32,877 nt of DNA from Myxococcota bacterium (GTDB taxonomy: Bacteria; Myxococcota_A; UBA9160; UBA4427), in assembly GCA_036336835.1 (NCBI GenBank), contig JAYZFK010000084.1, forward strand, positions 1 to 32,877, given 5' to 3'. The notes beneath the pieces were generated by a model. That model searched no databases. It was not told the origin of the DNA and saw only the letters and a program-made list of their open reading frames with translations. Every line of letters starts with the position of its first letter. The stretch's first letter is position 1. The position numbers and the translations under genes were made by a program. Positions 26,909 to 32,877 of this stretch are shown here, piece by piece.

Positions 26909-27985
26909 TCAGCGAGTGGGCAGAGCCGATTCGCGGGCGAGCTCGGCCGCGCGGCGCGCCATGTCGAGCACCACCTGGCCGAACGATTCCATCTTGGGGT
27001 TGTCGGCGCCGCCCTGTACGTAGCGTGCGTATCCGCCTTCGAGTACGCACGCCATCTTGAAGCGCGCGAGCACGACGTAGTAGTCGAGCTCGTGCGTTGG
27101 CAGGTTCGTGCGCTCGGCGTAGTACTCGATGAGCTCCGCACGCGTGGGCATCCCGGTGTAGTCGAAGTAGCCGCCGCCCTCCTTGCGCTCTTCCGGATCC
27201 GGCCAGGTCATCAGCACCCACGCCAGATCGAGCAGCGGATCGCCAACCGTCGCCATCTCCCAGTCGACGATCGCAACCAGCCGCGCGGGCGCGCCATGGG
27301 CGAACATCACGTTCGCGAACTGGTAGTCGCCGTGGATGATGCCCGAGCGGAACTCGCGCGGTGTGTGCTCTCGCAGCCATTGCGCGGCGTCGTCGAGCCC
27401 CGGAATCTCGCGGAACTGGAAGCTCGACAGATGGGCTAGCCAGCGATCGACCTGGCGATCCAGGAAGCCTTCGGGCTTGCCGAGCCCTTCCAGCCCCACC
27501 GCGCGCCAGTCGACGTTGGCCAGCCTGGCGATCGCGTCGACCAGCGCAAAGCCCATCTCGGCGCGCGCCTCGAGGTCGCTGTCGAAGGGCGGGTCGATGC
27601 GGCCCATCGGCGTCCAGCCATCGACGTAGTCCATCACGTAGAAGAAGCAGCCGAGAACCGATTCGTCGTCGCACCCGGCGTGGACGGTGGCGTGCGGCAC
27701 GTCGGTATCGCGCAGTGCGGACAGCACGCGGTACTCGCGCATCATCGTCTGGTTGCGGCCCTTGGGAACGTTGCGCGGGGGGCGCCTTAGCACGAACGTC
27801 TCGCCGCCTCGGTCGATGCGGAAGATCTCGTTCGAGGCGCCACCGGAGATGAATTTCGTCTCGATCGGCGATCCGGCGCCCGCCAGCCCCTGCGCATCCA
27901 TCCAGCGCGTTAGCTGAGCGACGTCGATCAGTCCGGAGACGCGCGCCTCGTCCTCGGTCTCGGAAGTGTCGTGCTCGTTGGTCAT
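26909..27985 (-). CDS. APH-family phosphotransferase (ACAD10/11-kinase / LvaA-like)
   Basis: SGGASN, VLRRPP, REYRVLSAL, FYVMDYVDG, IHGDYQFANVMF, DWEMATVGDPLLDL, LEGGYAR. Confidence 0.9.
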   Translation of the reverse strand: MTNEHDTSETEDEARVSGLIDVAQLTRWMDAQGLAGAGSPIETKFISGGASNEIFRIDRGGETFVLRRPPRNVPKGRNQTMMREYRVLSALRDTDVPHATVHAGCDDESVLGCFFYVMDYVDGWTPMGRIDPPFDSDLEARAEMGFALVDAIARLANVDWRAVGLEGLGKPEGFLDRQVDRWLAHLSSFQFREIPGLDDAAQWLREHTPREFRSGIIHGDYQFANVMFAHGAPARLVAIVDWEMATVGDPLLDLAWVLMTWPDPEERKEGGGYFDYTGMPTRAELIEYYAERTNLPTHELDYYVVLARFKMACVLEGGYARYVQGGADNPKMESFGQVVLDMARRAAELARESALPTR

Positions 27986-28072
27986 CGAGTCCTCTGTGTA
28001 GCCCGCATGCTACGAGACGTGCGGCTCGGGATGGCGCCGTTCTCGGGGCTCTGCGAGCACCCCTCGCTCCAC

Positions 28073-28606
28073 TCAGAGTGGGCCGTCGAGGGTGTCGAGA
28101 AGCGTTCGAAGGGTCTCGACGGTTCGCTTGCGTTGTTCGGGTCCCAGTGGGCCTAGCAGCTCGCGGTAACGCTCGGCGAATGCGTGGGCAACACGCCGGG
28201 CAGCTTCGACGCCCTCCCCGGTCAGGCCGACCTTGATGCTGCGTCCGTCGTCCGCGTCGGGCCGACGCGTGACAAGACCGCGCGCCTCGAGTCGATCAAC
28301 CGTCTTGGTAATGCCGCCTGATGTGAGCTCGAGGTGCGTATTCAGCCGTGTCGGCGATTGATGATAGGGCGGGCCTTCGAGCAGCAAGTAGTAGAGCAGC
28401 TTCGCCTCGGAGAAGGCGAGCCCCTCGCGTCGTACTTCTTGCAGGTGCGCGGCGTGGACCCGGCGCGACAACAGATCGAGCCACATCATCAGCAGGGTCG
28501 TGTCGCCGTCGGCGCAGCCGAGCTCCTCCGCCCACTCGCTCGGGAGCTGGTGGTTGCGCAGTTGCTCGCGGACACGTTCTGCTCGATTTCGGTCGTCGGC
28601 GGCCAT
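28073..28606 (-). CDS. MarR-family transcriptional regulator
   Basis: GPPY...SPTRL...LTSGGITKTVDRLEARGLVTRRPDADDGRS...LTGEG winged helix. Confidence 0.92.
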   Translation of the reverse strand: MAADDRNRAERVREQLRNHQLPSEWAEELGCADGDTTLLMMWLDLLSRRVHAAHLQEVRREGLAFSEAKLLYYLLLEGPPYHQSPTRLNTHLELTSGGITKTVDRLEARGLVTRRPDADDGRSIKVGLTGEGVEAARRVAHAFAERYRELLGPLGPEQRKRTVETLRTLLDTLDGPL

Positions 28607-28837
28607 GCTCGAATCCGCATCGGGACTTCTCGGGCTCCGATGCCGCGTTAGGGGTGCGCAGCTCGCCTTGTCGCCTGATCACCCCGCCAGTTCGAAGCGC
28701 ATCCTGTCACATCTGCGCGATCCGAAAAACCCCCTCCCCGCGACGCAGAACGGGCATACGATGGCCGGTGGCCCGACCGGGCCCCAGCCCGGCGACCGGA
28801 TATGACCGTGCGGGGCCAGCGGAGCGCGAGGGACGCC

Positions 28838-29899
28838 ATGCCTGACAGCCCGAGTTATCGAATCTGGAACTTCTTCACGCCCGAAAGAGTGATCAGCGGC
28901 GAGGGAGCGGTGGACGCGCTGCCCGACCAGCTGACGGCTCTGGGGGCGACGCGGGTCTTCGTGCTATCGACCCGCAGCCTCGCGCAGCACGTCAAGGAGA
29001 TCGAGGAGCGGATCGGCGACCGTCATCTCGGCACCTTCGTCGGTGTTCGCCAGCACACCCCGGCGGGCGACGTCTCCGAGGCGACTCAGCGCGCCCGTGG
29101 CTGCGACGCAATCGTCGCCTTTGGGGGCGGAAGCGTAGTGGACGCCGCCAAGGCGGTCGCTCATGCGCTCGACAAGCCGCCGCAGATCACCATTCCGACC
29201 ACGCTCTCGTCGGGCGAGTTCACGCCCTTCGCCGGAGTGACCGACGAGCAGACGCGTCGCAAGGGCGGCGTCTTCGATCCAGCAATCATGCCGCGCGTGG
29301 TGATCCACGATCCGGTCCTGGCGCGCCACACCCCCGAATCACTCTGGCTCTCCACCGGAATGCGTGCGGTCGACCACGCGCTCGAGGCATTGTGGGCGCA
29401 TCGTCCGCATCCGTACGCCGACACACTTGCGGTCGAGGCACTGCACCGGCTGTGGACGCACCTCCCGCAGTCGCGCGACCCCGGCGACTACTCCGCCCGC
29501 ACCGATTGCCTGCTCGGCGCCTGGTTCTCGATCAGCGGCATCCTCAACGTGGGAACGCGACTGTCGCACCCGATCGGCCATCAGGTGGGCAGCTTCTGGA
29601 ACGTCCCACACGGCGTCACATCGTGCATCGCGCTGCCGACCGTGATGCGGCACCTCGCGCCTGTTACCGGCGACGCGCAGCAGCGGATCGCCACGATCTT
29701 CGGCGTCGCGACGCCGGCTGAGGCTGCAGCGGCGCTCGAGCGCTTCATCTCGGAGCTCGGCGTCCCGACGCGTCTGCGCGACACCGACGCGGTGCGCGAG
29801 GAGATCCCGCTGGTGGCCGCAGCCGTGCGCGACGAGCTCGCGCAGATGGGCTCCGAGGAGGGGGACGCCGTCCAGGAGCTCCTCGAGCGGATGTGGTGA
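28838..29899 (+). CDS. Iron-containing alcohol dehydrogenase (maleylacetate-reductase-like subgroup)
   Basis: FGGGSVVDAAK, IPTTLSSGE, GMRAVDHALE, SHPIGHQVG, PHGVTSC. ATG 28838 after GAGGGA (ORF track 28802). Confidence 0.9.
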   Translation: MPDSPSYRIWNFFTPERVISGEGAVDALPDQLTALGATRVFVLSTRSLAQHVKEIEERIGDRHLGTFVGVRQHTPAGDVSEATQRARGCDAIVAFGGGSVVDAAKAVAHALDKPPQITIPTTLSSGEFTPFAGVTDEQTRRKGGVFDPAIMPRVVIHDPVLARHTPESLWLSTGMRAVDHALEALWAHRPHPYADTLAVEALHRLWTHLPQSRDPGDYSARTDCLLGAWFSISGILNVGTRLSHPIGHQVGSFWNVPHGVTSCIALPTVMRHLAPVTGDAQQRIATIFGVATPAEAAAALERFISELGVPTRLRDTDAVREEIPLVAAAVRDELAQMGSEEGDAVQELLERMW

Positions 29900-30285
29900 G
29901 CCACCGAGGCGTGCCCGGCCTGCGCCTGCTGGCCGGCCTCATGACCCTGCTGTTCGGTCTGGCTGCCGCTGCGCAATGGAACGATCCCGATCCGCTGCGC
30001 TGGGTCGCGTTCTATCTCCTCGCCGGCGCGACCTCGCTCGGCGCGGCGCTCGGCCGCGGCTGGCGCCTGCTGGAGCGGCTGACGGCCGGCATCGCGGCGG
30101 CGGTGGCGATCGCGCTGGCTCCGGCCCTCACCGGGGCGCGCAGGGAGGCCTTCGCCTCGCTGCGGATGGAGCGTCCCGATGACGAGCTGGCTCGCGAGCT
30201 CGCCGGGGCAGCGATCGTCCTGGTGTGGTCGGCGGGGCTGGTGATTCGCCGGCAGCGGCTGCGCGCCTCGGCGAGCAGAGACTGA
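29893..30285 (+). CDS. TMEM220-family small membrane protein
   Basis: AAAQWNDPDPLRWVAFY and ARELAG motifs, about 4 hydrophobic segments; overlaps the Fe-ADH stop. Confidence 0.78.
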   Translation: MVSHRGVPGLRLLAGLMTLLFGLAAAAQWNDPDPLRWVAFYLLAGATSLGAALGRGWRLLERLTAGIAAAVAIALAPALTGARREAFASLRMERPDDELARELAGAAIVLVWSAGLVIRRQRLRASASRD

Positions 30286-30351
30286 GCGCGACTTGCACGA
30301 GTGCAGCGCCTCGGGGAAGCTGCCCGCTCGCGCTGGACGGGGAGGTACTGC

Positions 30352-31251
30352 GTGACCGGCCATCTCGACCTTCGTTCGACCCTGGGCCTTGCGCTGCTCA
30401 TTGCGGTGTTGCTTCCCGCGACGGGCTGCAGTGCCTGGCGTGTGCTGTTCCCCGCGAAGATCTACGAGACGGAGCCGCCGGTGCTGCCCGACACGCTGGC
30501 CGAGACGTCCATTCTGTTGTTCACCAAGAGCAACGGCTTCCGCCACCACGAGGCGATCGCGGCTGGGGTTCCCTTCTTCGAAGCCCTGGCCACTCGGCGG
30601 GGCTGGTCGCTGTTCCACACCGAGAACGGCGCCGTGCACCGCGCGGATCTGCTCGAGCGCTTCGACGCGATCGTGTGGTTCCAGACCAGTGGCGACACGC
30701 TGAACGACGAGCAGAAGGGGGCTCTCAAGAGCTGGATCCTGGACGGTGGAGGCTTCGTCGCCATTCACGGCGCCGGCGGGGACCCGTCCTACGACTGGGA
30801 CTGGTACGTCGAGCAGCTGATCGGCGCGCAGTTCGTCGGTCACATCATGGCTCCGCAGTTCCAGCAGGCGAAGGTGAGCGTCGAGGATCGCGCGCACCCC
30901 GCAACTGCCGAGCTCCCGGAGACCTTCGAGCACACCGAGGAGTGGTATTCCTTCGACGCAAGTCCGAGAGGACGCGGAGCGCGCGTTCTGCTGAGCGTCG
31001 ACGAAGCAAGCTACGAGCAGGACCTCGGCTGGCTTGGCTGGTTCACTGAGAATCGTCTGACGATGGGAGATCACCCAGTCGTGTGGAGCCACTGCCCAGG
31101 CGCCGGGCGCGCTCTGTTCTCGGCGCTCGGCCACCAGGCGGTTGCATACGACGTGCCCGAGCACCAGGCGCTCCTCGACGGAGCCCTCGCCTGGGCGGCC
31201 GGGCTTCACGGGCGCGAGTGCACGCACCCGCTCGCGCCGCTCGGTCGCTGA
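30352..31251 (+). CDS. ThuA-domain (class I GATase-like) exported protein, possible lipoprotein
   Basis: LLFTKSNGFRH, GGGFVAIHGA, LIGAQFVGH, HPAT...EEWYSF, DHPVVW, FSALGH; signal ending LLPATGC. GTG 30352 with GGAGGT SD (ORF track 30301). Confidence 0.87.
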   Translation: MTGHLDLRSTLGLALLIAVLLPATGCSAWRVLFPAKIYETEPPVLPDTLAETSILLFTKSNGFRHHEAIAAGVPFFEALATRRGWSLFHTENGAVHRADLLERFDAIVWFQTSGDTLNDEQKGALKSWILDGGGFVAIHGAGGDPSYDWDWYVEQLIGAQFVGHIMAPQFQQAKVSVEDRAHPATAELPETFEHTEEWYSFDASPRGRGARVLLSVDEASYEQDLGWLGWFTENRLTMGDHPVVWSHCPGAGRALFSALGHQAVAYDVPEHQALLDGALAWAAGLHGRECTHPLAPLGR

Positions 31252-31270
31252 TACCCGGGCCTGCGGGAGC

Positions 31271-32877
31271 GTGACATTGCAAGACGCCACGATCCGCTGG
31301 TTGGGTACTGCCGTGGCGATCGTGTTCTTTGCCGCCGCCGTGGTCGTCTACCAGCTTCCAGACTACCTCGTCGAGCCGCGTCTCGGTCCCGAGGATGCGG
31401 GCCTCGATGGCCGCGAAGTTGCGGAGCGCTATTGCGGCTCCTGCCACGCGCTGCCCGATCCGTCGCAGCTGCCGAAGGAGACCTGGCCATTCGTGATCGA
31501 GTGGATGGGCAACTACCTCGGCTACAAGAAGCTGTCCAAGCCGTATGGTCACATCACGGGGAAGCACCTGATTCCAGCCGATCCGCTCGTGAGCATGGAA
31601 GAGATGAGTCGGCTCGGGCAGTACTACATTCAGAACGCCCCGCACGCACGCGATTTCCTGATCGATCGCGAGAAGCCGCCGCCGCTAGAACGCTACGATG
31701 CGGCGCCGCTGGCGGCCTCGGGCGACGACGGTGAGGTCGTGACGCTGCTGCACGTGGACGAGCAGCGTGGTCACCTCTACGTCGCGACGGCCAATGACAA
31801 GAAGCTGCGGATCTTCGATCGCGATCTCGAGCTGCGAGTCGTGATCGGGCTCGACAGCGAGGCGCTGCACATCGATCCGCGCGATCGCGGCTTTCGGCTC
31901 ACGCTTGCCGGCGATTACGCGCGTGACATGCACCGCGCACGAATCGTCGAGTACGACTTCGCCGACGACGAATGGAACGGGATGAGGCGGCGCGTTCTCG
32001 CAAGCGGCCTCCACCGCACCGTAGAGAGCCACGCCGCGGATCTCGACGCTGACGGGCGGAGCGACCTGGTGGTCGTGAGCTTCGGCGATGGTGTCGGGCC
32101 CGGCTACGGCAAGGTATCGGTGCTGTGGGCCAGCGAGGATTTCGACGAGCGATTGGCAGACGCGCCCGAGCAGCTCGACCACGCGCGAGGCACGCTGCTC
32201 CCGGGAGCCTTCGAGGAGCAGGTGTTGCTCGACCGAGCGGGTGGCCTCGGTGCCCAGGTACTCGACCTCGATGGCGACGGCTGGCTCGATGTGCTGGTGC
32301 TGGCGACCCAGGCCAACAACGAGCTCGTCGCGTATCTGGGACGCGCGGGGCGCCGCTTCGAGCGTCACGTGATCGAGAGCCAGCACGCGAGCTTCGGCTA
32401 CAACCAGTTCCACGCGAGCGACATCGACCTGGACGGCCACGTTGATCTGCTGATCGTGAATGGCAACAACATGGAGATGAAGAATCCTCCGCTGCGGCCC
32501 TACCACGGGGTACGTGTTCTGCTCGGCGACGGCAAGCTCGGCTTCCGCGAGGCAGTCTCCTTCCCGATGTACGGCGCGCTGACAGCGCTCGCACGCGATC
32601 TAGATGCGGATGGAGACGTGGACATCGCCGTGAACGCCTTGTATCCGAACTGGTACGCAAAGGATCCCGAGACATTCACGGTGCTCGAGAACCTCGGAGA
32701 TCTCCGCTTCGAGCCGCGCACGCTGACAGGCGAACGCTGGGGCCGCTGGCTGCGCATCGCGGCCGGTGACCTCGACGGCGACGGCAGGGTCGAGCTGTAC
32801 CTCGGCGGCGGGAACACGCCAGGCGGCGGACTTCACCCAGAACGGCCACGTCAATGGGAGCGGTATCGCCGGCGGTT
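31271..32877 (+). CDS. Cytochrome c + FG-GAP/VCBS-repeat protein (3' truncated by window edge)
   Basis: Open frame from GTG 31271 to window end, not in the ORF track: N-terminal TM helix, YCGSCH (CxxCH at 31433-31447), then DLDADGRSD, DLDGDGWLD, DIDLDGHVD, DLDADGDVD, DLDGDGRVE repeats. Confidence 0.88.
   Translation, partial: MTLQDATIRWLGTAVAIVFFAAAVVVYQLPDYLVEPRLGPEDAGLDGREVAERYCGSCHALPDPSQLPKETWPFVIEWMGNYLGYKKLSKPYGHITGKHLIPADPLVSMEEMSRLGQYYIQNAPHARDFLIDREKPPPLERYDAAPLAASGDDGEVVTLLHVDEQRGHLYVATANDKKLRIFDRDLELRVVIGLDSEALHIDPRDRGFRLTLAGDYARDMHRARIVEYDFADDEWNGMRRRVLASGLHRTVESHAADLDADGRSDLVVVSFGDGVGPGYGKVSVLWASEDFDERLADAPEQLDHARGTLLPGAFEEQVLLDRAGGLGAQVLDLDGDGWLDVLVLATQANNELVAYLGRAGRRFERHVIESQHASFGYNQFHASDIDLDGHVDLLIVNGNNMEMKNPPLRPYHGVRVLLGDGKLGFREAVSFPMYGALTALARDLDADGDVDIAVNALYPNWYAKDPETFTVLENLGDLRFEPRTLTGERWGRWLRIAAGDLDGDGRVELYLGGGNTPGGGLHPERPRQWERYRRR

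Noticed and set aside
32030..32800. Repeated GAYCTCGACGGCGACGGC-like nucleotide units as CRISPR or DNA repeats
   Set aside because: They encode the DxDxDG protein repeats, are degenerate and irregularly spaced.
31685..32854. Minus-strand ORFs 31685..32506, 32500..32817 and 32600..32854
   Set aside because: Antisense to the plus-strand cytochrome c/FG-GAP frame, which carries clear motifs.
1..32877. Mobile element, prophage, defence system or secondary-metabolite cluster
   Set aside because: No integrase, transposase, phage, nuclease, PKS or NRPS motifs, and no visible compositional break.

Overview
A uniformly GC-rich, gene-dense bacterial chromosomal window with no recognisable rRNA, tRNA, CRISPR, integrase or transposase. 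A PEP-CTERM protein, an RND pump and a c-type cytochrome point to a diderm host. Their co-occurrence with F420-type LLM, DUF1214/sulfotransferase and many acyl-CoA/SDR enzymes suggests a Myxococcota/Binatia-like environmental lineage (inference only). In order, the window holds: the 3' end of a PEP-CTERM gene; an SDR; a metallophosphoesterase; a DUF1214 + sulfotransferase pair; a His-motif membrane protein, TPR protein and Coq4-like gene opposite a TetR; a K+-dependent membrane pyrophosphatase (hppA) with atypical motifs; a minus-strand catabolic run (nitroreductase, MFS, amidohydrolase, CitE-like lyase, SDR, SnoaL-like); a PaaG-like crotonase; a TetR-controlled RND pump whose operon continues into a HAD hydrolase and an LLM oxidoreductase; thioesterase, SDR, HIT, MaoC hydratase, APH-family kinase and MarR genes; and an Fe-ADH, TMEM220, ThuA and cytochrome c/FG-GAP run that leaves the window. 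Two CDSs absent from the ORF track were read directly: <1..227 and 31271..>32877. The most interesting items are the divergent hppA, the His-motif membrane protein/Coq4 locus, the cytochrome c-propeller/ThuA module, the DUF1214-sulfotransferase pair, split ACAD10-like HAD and kinase genes, and a recurring GCATG(C)GG-TAnnnT upstream motif. Family calls are from motif recognition, and no searches were run.
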